Shown: in pieces, positions 29,379 through 40,860 of the stretch
Layout of the letters: the number at the start of each line of letters is the position of its first letter
Position numbering within the stretch: the first letter of the stretch is position 1
Assembly: GCA_963746865.1 (NCBI GenBank)
Contig: CAVVDB010000003.1
Coordinates: forward strand, 513,718 to 577,717
Direction: 5' to 3'
DNA length: 64,000 nt
Origin: an uncultured Chloroflexia bacterium
GTDB taxonomy: Bacteria > Chloroflexota > Limnocylindria > Limnocylindrales > CSP1-4
Notes under the pieces: model-generated
The model's database searches: none
Seen by the model: the letters and a program-made list of their open reading frames with translations, nothing else
What the model was told of the DNA's origin: nothing
Position numbers and translations under genes: made by a program

Positions 29379-31249
29379 ATGTCCGACACCAGCCCGAGTC
29401 TCGCCACGCCCTACCGAACGCACACCTGCGGGGAGCTCCGGGCGCCTGACGCCGGTTCGACCGCCCGCCTGGCCGGTTGGGTCCACCGCCGGCGCGATCA
29501 TGGCCAGCTGATCTTCCTGGACCTGCGCGACCGCCACGGGATCACCCAGGTCGTCATCGACAAGGCCGATGCGCCGGCCGCCCACGACGAGGCGAGCCGG
29601 GTCCGCCCGGAGTTCGTCGTGACCGTGGCCGGGACCGTCGCGCCGCGCCTGCCCGGAACGGAGAACCCGAAGCTCCCGACCGGCGCGATCGAGCTCCAGG
29701 CGACCGAGGTCGCGATCCTGTCGGAGGCGAAGACGCCGCCGTTCTACATCAACGACCCGGACGCCCCGGTCGACGAGATCCTCCGGCTCAAGTACCGCTA
29801 CCTCGACATCCGCCGCGAGCCGATGCAGCGGCGCCTCCTTCTGCGCAGCCGGATGGTCCAGGCGATCCGCGACGTCCACCACGCCAACGGCTTCGTCGAG
29901 GTCGAGACGCCGACGCTCATCAAGAGCACGCCGGAGGGCGCCCGCGACTTCATCGTCCCGAGCCGGCTCCAGCCGGGCACCGTCTACGCGCTGCCACAGA
30001 GCCCGCAGCAGCTCAAGCAGCTGCTGATGGTCGGCGGGATCGACCGCTACATGCAGATCGCGCGCTGCTACCGCGACGAGGACCTGCGCGGCGACCGGCA
30101 GCCGGAGTTCACCCAGCTCGACCTCGAGATGAGCTTCGTCGACGAGACGACGGTGATGGGCTTCGTCGAGGCGATGGCCATCGCCGTCTCGGCGGCGACC
30201 GTCCCCGAGCGGCCGATCCTCCAGACGCCGTTCCCGCTGTTGACCTACGACGAGGCGCTCGAACGGTTCGGGTCGGACAAGCCGGACGTCCGGTTCGGGA
30301 TGGAGCTGGTCGATCTCGGGTCGGTGCTCGTGACGGGCGGACGGGACCCCGTCGTCGGGCTTCGGCGTCTTCGACTCGGCGCTCGCGGCCGGCGGCCGGG
30401 TCAAGGCGATCGTCGCGCCCGGGATGGCCGGTGTCACCCGCCGCGAGATCGACGAGCTGACGGAGCGCGCCCGACGGTTCGGCGCCAAGGGGCTCGCGCA
30501 CCTGGCGCTCGAGACGGGCGGCGAGATCAAGGGCCCGATCGCCAAGTTCCTGACCGCCGAGACGCAACGGGCGATCGTCGAGCAGACCGCCGCCGGCGAA
30601 GGCGACCTGATCCTCATCGTGGCCGACTCTGCCGGAGGTCACCGCGGACGTCCTCGGGCGTCTTCGCGTCGAACTCGGCGAGCGGCTCGGCCTGGCCGAC
30701 CCGAACGTGCTGTCCTACGTCTGGATCCATCGCTTCCCGATGTACCAATGGGACACCGACAACGGCCGCTGGCATGCGACGCACAACCCGTTCAGCGGCG
30801 TCCTACCCGAGGACGAGGCGCTGCTCGTGACCGCGTCCGGCGATCCCGCTCGTCCGACCCCCGACGACCCGGCGGGGCGCGCTCGGGCGCTCCAGTACGA
30901 CCTTGCACTCAACGGCTGGGAACTGGGCGGCGGGTCGATCCGGATCCATCGCCGCGACCTCCTCGAGCGCTCGTTCCTGCTCCAGGGTCATTCGCTCGAG
31001 GCGATGCGTGAGAAGTTCGGCGCCGTCCTCGATGCCTTCGACTACGGCGCACCGCCGCACGGCGGGATCGCCCTGGGCATCGACCGCTGGGCGGCGCTGT
31101 TCGCGCTCCAGACCAATATCCGCGAGGTCATGGCCTTCCCGAAGACGCAGTCGGGCAGCGACCCGATGCTCGATGCGCCGTCGATGCCCGAGCCCGGCCA
31201 ATACGAGGAACTCGGCCTGCGCTTCGTCGGCGTCGCCGACCGGTCCTGA
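29379..31249 (+). pseudogene. aspS: Aspartate--tRNA ligase; two +1 frame breaks
   Basis: Frame 0 carries the OB fold and motifs 1-2 ([41 protein letters not shown]). Frame 1 carries the GAD insert ([31 protein letters not shown]). Frame 2 carries [36 protein letters not shown]. Breaks lie at 30334-30356 and at 30631. Confidence 0.9.
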
Positions 31250-31383
31250 CCGACGCAGCGGCCGAGCGACACCTGAGCACCGACCTCGGCGCCCTCGGCT
31301 GGTTCGCGGCGCGACCACGCCTCGCGGCGCTCCTGGGCGCCACCTGCATCGCGTTCTCGGGCGTCTTCTACATCTACGCCGCC

Positions 31384-32217
31384 GTGTCGCCATCGACCGG
31401 GTCCTTCTACCGTGCGGTCTTCGGGCTGCCGCTGCTCGTGCTCGTCGCGTTCGTGGAATGGCGGCGGTTCGGCCCGCTACCGCGCAAGACCATCCGCCTG
31501 GCCGCCATCGCGGGGCTCTTCTTCACCGGCGACCTGATGTTCTGGCATCACGCCATCGAGGCCGTCGGGGCGGGACTCGCGACGGTCCTCGGCAACCTCC
31601 AGGTCATCATCGTCGGGTTCTTCGCGTGGCTGCTCCTCGGGGAGCGTCCGTCGCGCTCGACCCTGCTTGCGCTCCCGGTCGTGCTGCTCGGGGTCATCCT
31701 CATCTCGGGCGTGGTCGGCGAGGGGGCCTACGGCGCGGCGCCACAGCTCGGCGTGATCCTCGGTATCGCCACGGCGTTCTGCTATTCCGCGTACCTGCTC
31801 ATCATCCGCTGGGGGGGTCGGGATCCGCGTCGCCCGGCGGGTCCGGTAGCCATCGCGACGGCGGCCGTGGTGGTCGCCTCGTTCGTGACCGGGGAGGTCG
31901 TCGGCGACCTCGACCTGACGCCCGGGCCGGAGAGCCTGTTCTGGCTGGCGCTCCTGGGGATCACGGCACAGTCCGCCGGCTACCTGCTCATCTCCATCTC
32001 GCTGCCGCGCCTGCCGGCGATCATCACCTCGGTCATCCTGCTCGCCCAGCCGGTCATGTCGATGGGCCTCGCCATGGTCCTGCTCGGCGAGACGCCGTCA
32101 TCGACCCAGCTACTCGGCGTCGCCCTCGTCATCGGCGGCATCACCGCCGCCACGATCCCGCTGGCCAGGTTCCGGGACGGCATCCAGCGCGCCCGCTCGG
32201 GCCTTCCGAGCGGCTGA
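31384..32217 (+). CDS. EamA/DMT-family transporter
   Basis: Multi-TM ORF with two EamA-like halves. The same frame is open upstream and encodes a plausible first TM helix (LAALLGATCIAFSGVFYIYA), but no ATG/GTG/TTG is present there. CTG 31246 overlaps the aspS stop. Confidence 0.75.
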   Translation: MSPSTGSFYRAVFGLPLLVLVAFVEWRRFGPLPRKTIRLAAIAGLFFTGDLMFWHHAIEAVGAGLATVLGNLQVIIVGFFAWLLLGERPSRSTLLALPVVLLGVILISGVVGEGAYGAAPQLGVILGIATAFCYSAYLLIIRWGGRDPRRPAGPVAIATAAVVVASFVTGEVVGDLDLTPGPESLFWLALLGITAQSAGYLLISISLPRLPAIITSVILLAQPVMSMGLAMVLLGETPSSTQLLGVALVIGGITAATIPLARFRDGIQRARSGLPSG

Positions 32218-32220
32218 AGG

Positions 32221-32970
32221 TCAGGACGTCGCTGCCAGTCGGTCGAGGAGGGCGAGGGTCGCCCGCACGACCTGTGCCTGCTGGTTGACTCGCGCGATGG
32301 TCGCCGGCGGGTCATTCGGCTGGCCCGTGTACCAGCCCATCTGCTCGTGATTGCCGCCGTCGATGGCGTCGAATGTCAGGTTCGGACCGAGCTTGGCGAC
32401 ATTCGCTACGCCGGTGTACGACGTCACCCCGGAATCGAGCGTGCCGTAGGCCGACAGGACGGTCAGCCCGTCGCTCGACAGGTCGGCTGCTGAGTAGGAC
32501 GCCCAGAGCACCAGCCCGTCGACTTGTCCCGGATGCGCGTCGATGAACTGCGCGGCCATCGACCCGCCCAGTGAATGACCTCCCACGGCCCAGTGGGTGA
32601 TCTCCGGGTGGTCGGCGATGATCGGTCCGGCGGACTCGATGCCGAACACCGCCAGGTTGAACGGCACCGACACGACGACGACGAAGTAGCCGTGTTCGGC
32701 GATCGCCCTCGCCTGCGGTGCATAGGCAGCGGACGGGACCTTCCCGCCCGGATAGAGGATGAGCCCGGTCGTCGGGACCGCTCCGACCGGCGTGTACTCC
32801 AGGTTGCCGCCATCGTCCGCGAAGGTCGCCGCCGGCGTCGACGCGAGCGCGGCGCTCGCCTCCGGCAGGAGGGGTTGCGGCTTCGCCCACCACAGGAAGC
32901 CGACGACGGCGACCACGAGGATGATGGCGACCGCGGCGAGCGCCCCCTTGAGGATTCGGGACCGTGTCAT
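32221..32970 (-). CDS. Alpha/beta hydrolase with an N-terminal membrane anchor
   Basis: ATG 32970 (MTRSRILKGALAAVAIILVV..) and the nucleophile elbow GHSLGG. Track ORF 32221..33138 over-extends at the 5' end. Confidence 0.75.
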   Translation of the reverse strand: MTRSRILKGALAAVAIILVVAVVGFLWWAKPQPLLPEASAALASTPAATFADDGGNLEYTPVGAVPTTGLILYPGGKVPSAAYAPQARAIAEHGYFVVVVSVPFNLAVFGIESAGPIIADHPEITHWAVGGHSLGGSMAAQFIDAHPGQVDGLVLWASYSAADLSSDGLTVLSAYGTLDSGVTSYTGVANVAKLGPNLTFDAIDGGNHEQMGWYTGQPNDPPATIARVNQQAQVVRATLALLDRLAATS

Positions 32971-33007
32971 GCCCGAGGTTCGTGCGCCACCGCTCGGCGG
33001 ATGGAAC

Positions 33008-33673
33008 TCAGGGGTCGCTCGGCGGCGCCAGGCCGGCCTCGGCCGCGACGTCGGCGCCCCATTCGTGGCTGTGGCCGGCCGGTGGATCGGGCGGTCCCTC
33101 GTAGGGCGGCAGGTCGGCCACGGCCGTCTCGGCGTCAAGGACCACGCCGGGATCGCCCATCTCGACCTCGCGGGTGGCGATCACGCTCGCCAGATCCACG
33201 ATGACGTCGGGCGGCATGCGGCCCGGCGGAACGGTCCGGAGCGCCTCGAGGTGGGCGGTCGGTAGCAGGACCGGCCAACCCGGGTCGCCGTGCCAGGTCG
33301 GCCGCAGCATCGTGACCGGATCCATCCCGTGGGCCTCGATGAGCGAGGTGATCGTCTCGGGTCCCACCCAGGTCATCCGCCCCGGCCAGAGCAGGACCGC
33401 GGTGGTGTCGCTGACCTCGGCGATGGCGAGCTCGGCGCCGCGGACCATCTGACCCACGGGCCCAGCCTCGGACGGGGCAGGGGAGCCGTAGACCGCCTCG
33501 GAACCCGCCAGGGCGGCGGCGACCGCGCCATCGGGGTCGGGCGACACGACCATGATCGGAAGCGCGCCACCGGACCAGGCAAGGTCGGCCAGACGGCGGA
33601 CGCGGGGCTGGCCGAGCGTGTCGGCGATCGAGCCATCGGCGGTCGCGGACAGGATGACGGCGGCAACGGTCAT
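33008..33673 (-). CDS. MobA/MocA-like nucleotidyltransferase-fold protein (divergent)
   Basis: ATG 33673 (MTVAAVILS..). The overall pattern resembles NTP_transf_3, but the canonical LAAGxSxRMG motif is degenerate. The family call is tentative. Confidence 0.5.
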   Translation of the reverse strand: MTVAAVILSATADGSIADTLGQPRVRRLADLAWSGGALPIMVVSPDPDGAVAAALAGSEAVYGSPAPSEAGPVGQMVRGAELAIAEVSDTTAVLLWPGRMTWVGPETITSLIEAHGMDPVTMLRPTWHGDPGWPVLLPTAHLEALRTVPPGRMPPDVIVDLASVIATREVEMGDPGVVLDAETAVADLPPYEGPPDPPAGHSHEWGADVAAEAGLAPPSDP

Positions 33674-33752
33674 GGCTCGGAGTGTAACGACCCGAAGGTG
33701 GCCGACTGCGGTTCCCGACGGTTCCATGGGACAATCCGGTGTCCCGCCCGAG

Positions 33753-35698
33753 ATGGAGACCCCGCTACCCGTGCCCGAAGCCCAGATCCCGAACCCCACG
33801 CGCGCGACCCGCGCCGACCTGCGCAACGTCGCGATCGTCGCCCACGTCGATCACGGCAAGACGACCCTCGTCGACGCCATGCTCCGCCAGACCGGCGCCT
33901 TCCGGTCGAACCAGGCGGTCGTCGACCGGGTCATGGATTCGGGCGATCTCGAGCGCGAGAAGGGGATCACGATCCTCGCCAAGCAGACGACCGTCGACCA
34001 CGCCGGGGTCCGGCTGAACATCGTCGACACGCCCGGTCACGCCGACTTCGGCGGCGAGGTCGAGCGCTCGCTGCTGATGGTCGACTCGGTCCTGCTGCTC
34101 GTCGACGCGGCCGAGGGGCCGCTGCCGCAGACGCGCTACGTCCTCCAGAAGGCGATGGCGCGCCGGCTCCCGGTCGTCGTCGCGATCAACAAGATCGACC
34201 GCGGCGATGCTCGCGCGGCCGAGGTCCTCGACGACATCTACGAACTGTTCATGGACCTCGGCGCCGACGCCCACCAGATCGAGTTCCCGATCGTCTACAC
34301 CAACGCGAAGGCGGGCACGGCCACGCGCGACCTGGCGAAGCCCGGGACCGACCTCGGCCCGCTCCTGGACCTGCTGATCGAGGTCACGCCGCCGGTCAGC
34401 TACACGCCCGACCACCCGCTCCAGTTGCTGGTCACCAACCTGTCGGCCAACGACTACGTGGGCCGGATGGCCGTCGGCCGGATCTGGAACGGGACGATCC
34501 GGACCGGCCAGCGGATCGTCGTCGTCCGCGAGGAGGCCGATGACACCGCCGGGTTCCGTCGAGCCCGGACGGACGATCACGCTCAGCGGCACCGTCACCA
34601 GCCTGCAGACCGCGCACGGCATCGACCGGGTCGACATCGAGGAGGCCGGGCCGGGCGACATCGTGAGCGTCGCCGGGCTGCCCGAAGTCACGATCGGCGA
34701 CACGCTGACCGATCCGGCCGACCCACGCCCGCTCGATCGCCTCGACGTGGACGCCCCGACCCTGCGGATGACCTTCGGGGTCAACACCTCGCCGCTCGCC
34801 GGCCGCGAGGGCAAGTACGTCACCAGCCGGCAGATCAAGGCCCGCCTCGAGAAGGAGGTCCTTGGCAACGTCTCGATCGAGGTCCGCCCGTCCGAGTCGA
34901 GCGAGGCGTTCGAGGTCCGCGGCCGCGGCGAGCTCCAATTGGCCGTCCTCATCGAGCAGATGCGCCGCGAGGGGTTCGAGCTCACGGCATCGCGCCCGGA
35001 GGTCCTCCTGCGCGAGGTCGACGGCGAGGTCCAGGAGCCGTACGAGCGGATCACGATCGACATCCCGCCCGACTACATCGGCGAGATCCAGACCGCGATC
35101 GCCGGTCGCAAGGGTCGCCTCGAACAGATCTCGACCGATACCGACGGCCGGGTCCGGATGGAGTACGTCCTCCCGGTCCGTGGGCTGATCGGCTATCGCG
35201 GGCAACTGCTGACCGACACGCGCGGCACCGCCCTTCTGCACCAGATCGGCGAGGGTTACGGGCCGTGGGCGGGCGAGGTCACCCACCGCACCAACGGCGT
35301 CCTCGTCTCCGACCGGGCCGGGATCTCGAACGCCTACGGCCTGTTCAACCTCGAGCAGCGCTCCGAGCTGTTCATCGGCGCGGGCGTCGAGGTCTACGAG
35401 GGGATGATCGTCGGCGAGAACGCCCGGTCGGGCGACATGGACGTCAACCCGACCAAGGAGAAGAAGCTCACCAACATCCGGACCCACTCGCACGACGAGT
35501 CGCTCCGGCTCACGCCGGCCCGCCTGATCACGCTCGAGACCGCGCTGGAGTTCATCTCGGGCGACGAACTGGTCGAGGTCACCCCGCAGTCGATCCGATT
35601 GCGCAAGCGAGCCCTCTCCCAGCACGACCGGCGCCGCGAGGCGGGCCGTGCCGACGATCTCCGCCGACGCCGAACGCGAGGCCGCCCCGGCCGGCTGA
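33753..35698 (+). pseudogene. typA: Translational GTPase TypA/BipA; two +1 frame breaks
   Basis: [25 protein letters not shown] and NKID are in frame 0. From about 34545 the sequence continues in frame 1 (track ORF 34540..35877: [47 protein letters not shown]). The likely tail is in frame 2, ending at TGA 35696-98, which abuts the convergent stop (TGATCA). Confidence 0.85.
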
Positions 35699-35968
35699 TC
35701 AGAGCGGCCGGTCGAACAATTCGACGATCTCAGGCGGCTCGATCGGGTCCTCGCCCGGTGGTGTGGCGGCGCGTCGGATCGCGTCGACATGGGCGACATC
35801 GAACCGCGGAGCGTCGGCCTCCTGGACGCCGGGCGGCCAGTCCGCGATGGCCTGCGACGCGAACAGGCCCGCCATGAGGTCCGGGGACCCGTTCGTCAGC
35901 CAGGACCCGGCGACGAGGACGAACCCGAAGGCAAGCGCCAAGACCGGCAACACGATGCCATCCGGCAT
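35699..35968 (-). CDS. Hypothetical small membrane protein
   Basis: 89-aa ORF with one N-terminal TM helix ([20 protein letters not shown]) and coding-like GC3 bias. No family recognised. Confidence 0.4.
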   Translation of the reverse strand: MPDGIVLPVLALAFGFVLVAGSWLTNGSPDLMAGLFASQAIADWPPGVQEADAPRFDVAHVDAIRRAATPPGEDPIEPPEIVELFDRPL

Positions 35969-36083
35969 GACCCGATCGTGGCACCACTGTCAAGCGGCTG
36001 GAATGGCGCCCGTGGAAGGTGTACCGTCGCGGGTGCCGGGAACGGCAGCCGCCGCTTCCTGACCTTTGAGGGAGGGTGGTTGC

Positions 36084-36845
36084 ATGCGACGTTCGTTGCT
36101 CGGCGCACTCGTTCTGGCCGCGCTTGGCATCCTGGCCATCGCCGCCCCGGTGGCGGCCTTCCCGCTGACGAACTGCACGCTCCAGGCCAGCTCGCTCAAG
36201 GCGGACGGCTCCGCGCTCGACTCGATCACGGGTGGCGCGATCGACGCGACGCAGACCGACCCGTTCATCGTCGACTGGGACGGGAAGATCACCTACGCCG
36301 GCGGGTCGAATGTCGAGATGAAGAACAACACCTGGGCGATCGCCGTCTTCAACTTCCCGACCCCGCTCCAGGGTGGCGATGACAACCCCGGGGACGATCG
36401 GGCCGGTGCCGGCACGGTCGGCGTCAAGGAGAACGCCCCATTCCGGTTCACCGGCCTGTATTACGTCCACGGCACCCTCAAGGGCAGCGGCGGGGAGTGT
36501 GTCGGGAGCGGCTGGTTCAAGCTGGCCGGCGATCCGATCGGGACGATCCCGTTCTTCGGTGGCCTCGGCGTCCTCATCCTCGGCTTGGCGATGCTCGCCT
36601 TCGGCTCCCGCGGCCACACGATCACCGCGGTGATCGGCGGCATCCTGACCGGTCTCGGCGGGGCGACGATGCTGATCATCTACAGCACCTTGCCGCTCGG
36701 TGAATCGACACCGCTGGCGCTCCTGCTGATCGGACTGGCGATCGGGCTCGTGATCGGCATCCTCGGCCGTCGCGGCGGAGGCGACAAGGACACGCCGCCG
36801 ATGCTGCCGCCGACCAACCCGCCGGAGGCCCCGACCCCCGCCTGA
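36084..36845 (+). CDS. Hypothetical exported/membrane protein (signal peptide, ~150-aa ectodomain, C-terminal TM helices)
   Basis: ATG 36084 has SD GGAGGG 7 nt upstream. MRRSLLGALVLAALGILAIAAPVAA is the signal; C-terminal hydrophobic segments (FFGGLGVLILGLAMLAF, ITAVIGGILTGLGGATMLII, LALLLIGLAIGLVIGIL) follow, then a Pro-rich tail. Confidence 0.6.
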   Translation: MRRSLLGALVLAALGILAIAAPVAAFPLTNCTLQASSLKADGSALDSITGGAIDATQTDPFIVDWDGKITYAGGSNVEMKNNTWAIAVFNFPTPLQGGDDNPGDDRAGAGTVGVKENAPFRFTGLYYVHGTLKGSGGECVGSGWFKLAGDPIGTIPFFGGLGVLILGLAMLAFGSRGHTITAVIGGILTGLGGATMLIIYSTLPLGESTPLALLLIGLAIGLVIGILGRRGGGDKDTPPMLPPTNPPEAPTPA

Positions 36846-36891
36846 CCTCGCGATCCGGCCGTCGGCATGGGCCGGGTGTACGATCGGGCCC

Positions 36892-38076
36892 ATGCCGATC
36901 TATCTCGACCACGCGGCGACGACCCCCCTCCGCCGCGAGGTCCTCGACGCCATGCTGCCGTATCTCACCGAGTCGTTCGGGAACCCGAGTTCGGCACACG
37001 TCTTCGGGCGCGCCGCCCGGGCGGCACTCGACGACGCCCATACGCGGGTCGCGCGACGCCTTCACGCGGAGGATCGCGAGATCGTCTTCACGTCTGGCGG
37101 CACCGAGGCCAACAACCTCGCCCTGAAGGGCGCCGCGTGGGCCGGCAAGGCGCGCGGCCATCGGATCGTGACCTCATCGGTCGAGCATCACGCGGTCGGC
37201 CACACGCTCCGCTACCTCGAGAAGTTCGGCTTCGAGATCGTCGAACTGCCGGTCGATCGCTATGGCCGGGTCGACCCCGACCAGCTGGAGGCCGCCCTTA
37301 CCGACAAGACCATCCTCGTCTCGATCATGCTCGCCAACAACGAGGTCGGCACGATCCAGCCGATCGCCGATCTCGCGGCGCGGGTCAGGACCCGCAAGGG
37401 CGTCCTGTTCCACGTGGATGCCGTCCAGGCCGCGCCGTATGTCGACCTTGACGTGACGAAGCTCGGGGCGGACATGGTCTCGCTCGGCGCGCACAAGTTC
37501 GAGGGGCCGAAGGGGGTCGGTGCCCTGTACGTCCGACACGGGACCCACATCCTCGCCCAGCAGCAGGGCGGGACCCAGGAGCGTCACCGCCGGGCGGGCA
37601 CTGAGAACGTCGCCGGCGCTGTCGGGCTGGCTGCCGCCTACGAGTTGTCGTGTGCGGAGCGCCCGGAGACGGTCGCCCGCCTGCGCCGCCAGCGCGACCG
37701 ACTCGCCGCGCCGATCCTGGCGGTCCCCGGCGTCGAACCGACCGGGCATCCGAAGGACCGGCTGCCCGGATTGTTGTCGATCATCGCTCGCGACACGGAT
37801 GGATCGTCGGTCGCGATGTCGCTCGACCTCGAGGGGATCGCCTGTTCGATCGGGTCGGCGTGCACGACCGGATCGACCGAGGTGAGCCACGTCCTGACGG
37901 CGATGGGCTATCCCGAGGAAGAGGCGCGTGGTGCCCTCCGCCTGTCGCTCGGTCGGACGACGACCGATGACGAGATCGCGATCGCCTGCGACGTCGTCCC
38001 GCGGGTCGTAGCCTCGATGCGCCTCGGCGCCGTGGCGGTGGCCGCAGATCCGCTCGGCCAGGGTGTGCCGGCGTGA
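36892..38076 (+). CDS. iscS: Cysteine desulfurase (class V aminotransferase, IscS/NifS type)
   Basis: 394 aa. [17 protein letters not shown], the PLP lysine [12 protein letters not shown] and the active-site loop GSACTTG. Confidence 0.9.
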   Translation: MPIYLDHAATTPLRREVLDAMLPYLTESFGNPSSAHVFGRAARAALDDAHTRVARRLHAEDREIVFTSGGTEANNLALKGAAWAGKARGHRIVTSSVEHHAVGHTLRYLEKFGFEIVELPVDRYGRVDPDQLEAALTDKTILVSIMLANNEVGTIQPIADLAARVRTRKGVLFHVDAVQAAPYVDLDVTKLGADMVSLGAHKFEGPKGVGALYVRHGTHILAQQQGGTQERHRRAGTENVAGAVGLAAAYELSCAERPETVARLRRQRDRLAAPILAVPGVEPTGHPKDRLPGLLSIIARDTDGSSVAMSLDLEGIACSIGSACTTGSTEVSHVLTAMGYPEEEARGALRLSLGRTTTDDEIAIACDVVPRVVASMRLGAVAVAADPLGQGVPA

Positions 38077-39229
38077 GTCGGGTCCTGGTCGCGATGTCCG
38101 GTGGGGTGGACTCGTCGGTCGCCGCGGCCCTCCTGCACGAACAGGGCCACGAGGTCGTCGGGCGTCTGGATGCGGCTGCACGACGTCGCCGACACGTACT
38201 CGGAGTTCAAGAAGAGCTGCTGCTCGCTCGACGCGGCCGATGACGCGCGCCGAGTCGCGGCCCAGCTCGACATCCCGTTCTACGTGATGAACCTGGAGCG
38301 CGAGTTCGACGCCGGCGTGCTCCAGCCGTTCCTCGATGCCTACCTGGACGGCCGGACGCCGTCGCCGTGCGTCGACTGCAACACCTACGTGAAGTTCGGG
38401 GCATTCCTTGGCCGCGCGCGTCACCTGTACGACTGCGAGGCGGTCGCGACCGGGCACTACGCACGGCGTGACGTGGGACCGGACGGGGCAGCCCGCCTGC
38501 TGCGCGCCCGCGACACCGACAAGGACCAGACCTACTTCCTGTACGGCCTGCGCCAGGACCAGCTGGACCACGCCCGGTTCCCGCTCGGCGACCTGACCAA
38601 GCCCGAGGTCCGCGACATCGCCCGATCGCTCGGCCTGGCGACCGCCGACAAGCCCGAGAGCCAGGAGATCTGCTTCGTCCCGGGTGGCGACTACCGCGAC
38701 GCCCTGCGGGATCGAGCGGGTTGGGTGCCGACCGCCGGCCCGCTGCTCGACGGCGACGGGGAGCGGGTGGGCGAGCACGGCGGGACCCCGGGCTACACGA
38801 TCGGCCAGCGACAGGGTCTGGGCGTCGCGCTCGGCGAACCGCGCTACGTCAGCCGGATCGACCCGCTGACCAACACGATCACGCTCGGCAGGCGCGGAGG
38901 ACCTCGAGACGACGTCGATCGGCCTGGACGGGGTGACCTTCGTCGCCGGCGACGGGCCGCGCGGCCGATCCCCGTTCCGTGCCGAGATCCGGATCCGCCA
39001 CCGCACGACGCCGGTCCCGGCCACGATCCGGCCGCTCTCGCCGGCCGAGCCCGCGCGCGGCGGCCGCTGGCTGGCGGAGACGGATAGCCCCGTGTGGGCC
39101 GCTGCCCCGGGCCAGGCTGCCGTCCTGTACGACGGCGAGGTGGTGCTCGGCGGCGGGCGGATCACCCGGCCGGTGGCCGCCGGGTCAGACGCGACGACCT
39201 CCCGCGACCTCGTCGCCTCGGGCGCATGA
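38073..39229 (+). pseudogene. mnmA: tRNA 2-thiouridine(34) synthase MnmA; two +1 frame breaks
   Basis: GTG 38073 (GTGA overlap with iscS) begins [15 protein letters not shown] (PP-loop). There is an extra base at 38163 (HEVVG | VWMRLHD) and another at 38896 (TLGRR | [18 protein letters not shown]). Track ORFs 38101..39087 and 38933..39229 are the fragments. Confidence 0.85.
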
Positions 39230-39504
39230 TCATCGGCCCGGCGCTGATCCTGTCGATTCTCGTCGGCATCTTCCACGCGTCGCTGTTCGTGCTCATCCGG
39301 GGCAGCGCCGGCGGCCGCCTGTTCATCGTCGTCCTGGCGTCGATCCTTGGGGCGTGGGCGGGCGACGCGCTCGCCGATCGACTGGAGTTCGACCTCCTGA
39401 TGATCGGCGACTTCCACCTGCTCGCGGCGTCGATCGTGGCCTGGATCGGGATCGGCGTCTCGTCGGCGGTCGCCATCCTCGGGCCCTCGGTGCGACGAAC
39501 GTGA
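39226..39504 (+). CDS. Hypothetical small membrane protein (3 TM)
   Basis: ATG 39226 (ATGA overlap with the mnmA stop). 92 aa, hydrophobic throughout. Confidence 0.5.
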   Translation: MIIGPALILSILVGIFHASLFVLIRGSAGGRLFIVVLASILGAWAGDALADRLEFDLLMIGDFHLLAASIVAWIGIGVSSAVAILGPSVRRT

Positions 39505-39603
39505 CCGACCGCGACGATGGCCGGACGGCCGCCTCGTTCGTGCGCGGGATGACGCTCGGCGCCATCCTCGGGGCGATCATCGCCGGGTCGTCGCTGTGGC
39601 GGG

Positions 39604-39973
39604 TCAGGCGTTCGCAGCCACCAGCACCGCGGCAAGCGCCAGCGCCGCCGGGATCGCCTGGACGACCAGGATCCGGCGACTGACCGTCGCCGCCCCGAAG
39701 ACCCCCGCCACGATCACGCAGCACGAGGAAGAAGACGGTCACCTGGAACCCGATCGGGTCGGCGGCGATCAGGCCCCACGCGAGTCCCGCCACGAGGAAC
39801 GCGTTGTAGAGCCCCTGGTTGGCGGCCAGCGGCGCCGATCGATCGGCGAACGCCTGGTCGGTCCCGAACGAGCGCAGCCCGCGCGGCGTCCGCCACAGGA
39901 CCATCTCCAGGATGACGATGTAGACGTGGATCGCCGCGACGATCGCGACCAGCACCATGGCGACGATGGCCAT
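39604..39973 (-). pseudogene. DUF1304-like small membrane protein; one +1 frame break near 39720
   Basis: AGGAGG lies 5 nt before ATG 39973. MAIVAMVLVAIVAAIHVYIVILEMVLW..NQGLYNAFLVAGL is followed, in the +1 frame, by CVIVAGVFGAATVSRRILVVQAIPAALALAAVLVAANA*. Confidence 0.6.
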
Positions 39974-39981
39974 CTGTCCTC

Positions 39982-40860
39982 CTATTCGTTGATGTCGAGA
40001 CGCCGGAACCGGGCGACCGCCAGCCCGATCGGCACGATCCCCCAGGCGAGCAGCGCCGCGAACGAGACGCCTGCCGGTGCGATGGCGGCCAGCGGTGATT
40101 CCGGGCCGCCGACCAGCCGCGTGATCGAGCCGCTGACGGTCACGACCTTGATCCACTCGAGCGTGGCATTCGACCAGACCGGCGCTCCGGTCACGGCCAG
40201 GTCCAGGACGAAGAACAACAGGGTCAGCAGGAAGGCGAGACCGATCGCCCTGGCCAAGACGGACATCAGGATCGGGATCGCGACGAACGGCAGGACGATG
40301 GCCAGCCGGATCGCCATGCCGCCCCACAGATCCGGGACCGGACCGGCCCATGCCTGCAGCGGCTTGGCCTCGAAGGCCAGCAAGAAGGGGATCACCGAGG
40401 CGAACACCAGCCCGGCGCCGACGACGAGCGCCATGAGGCCGATGACCACCCCGGCCCTGACGGCGAGGGTCCGGGCGCGACGCGACGTCAGGTGGACGGT
40501 CCGGACCGTGCCCCACTCGAATTCGCCCGCGACGAGCGCGGTCGCCAGGTAGACGGAGAGCAGGATCAGCGGGCCGGTATTGCCCGCGACTTTGAGCAGG
40601 CTGGCCGGGAACGCAAAGGCAGGCAGCTCGGCGTCGACCCGCCCGCGCCACTCGGCGATCATCTGGTCACGCATCTCGGCCTCGGCGACCGGATCCGGCG
40701 GATCGAAGACGACGTTGTTGAAGAAGTCCGGCTGGGTGGTCAGCGCGTTGAACTCGGCGACGAACATGACCGCCAGGATGACGGGGACGAGGACGACCAG
40801 GATCCGCAGGTCGCGCCGGTGGCCGAAGCGGACCCAGTCCGCGCGAAGGAGGTTCCTCAC
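39982..40860 (-). CDS. ABC-2 type transporter permease
   Basis: GTG 40860 (GTGA overlap with the ATPase stop). Six predicted TM segments downstream of the ABC ATPase gene. Confidence 0.7.
   Translation of the reverse strand: MRNLLRADWVRFGHRRDLRILVVLVPVILAVMFVAEFNALTTQPDFFNNVVFDPPDPVAEAEMRDQMIAEWRGRVDAELPAFAFPASLLKVAGNTGPLILLSVYLATALVAGEFEWGTVRTVHLTSRRARTLAVRAGVVIGLMALVVGAGLVFASVIPFLLAFEAKPLQAWAGPVPDLWGGMAIRLAIVLPFVAIPILMSVLARAIGLAFLLTLLFFVLDLAVTGAPVWSNATLEWIKVVTVSGSITRLVGGPESPLAAIAPAGVSFAALLAWGIVPIGLAVARFRRLDINE

Noticed and set aside
33552-36062. An 836-aa ORF extending typA on both sides
   Set aside because: Only 33753 to about 34545 of this frame matches TypA. The remainder is out-of-frame read-through, and the real continuation is track ORF 34540..35877.
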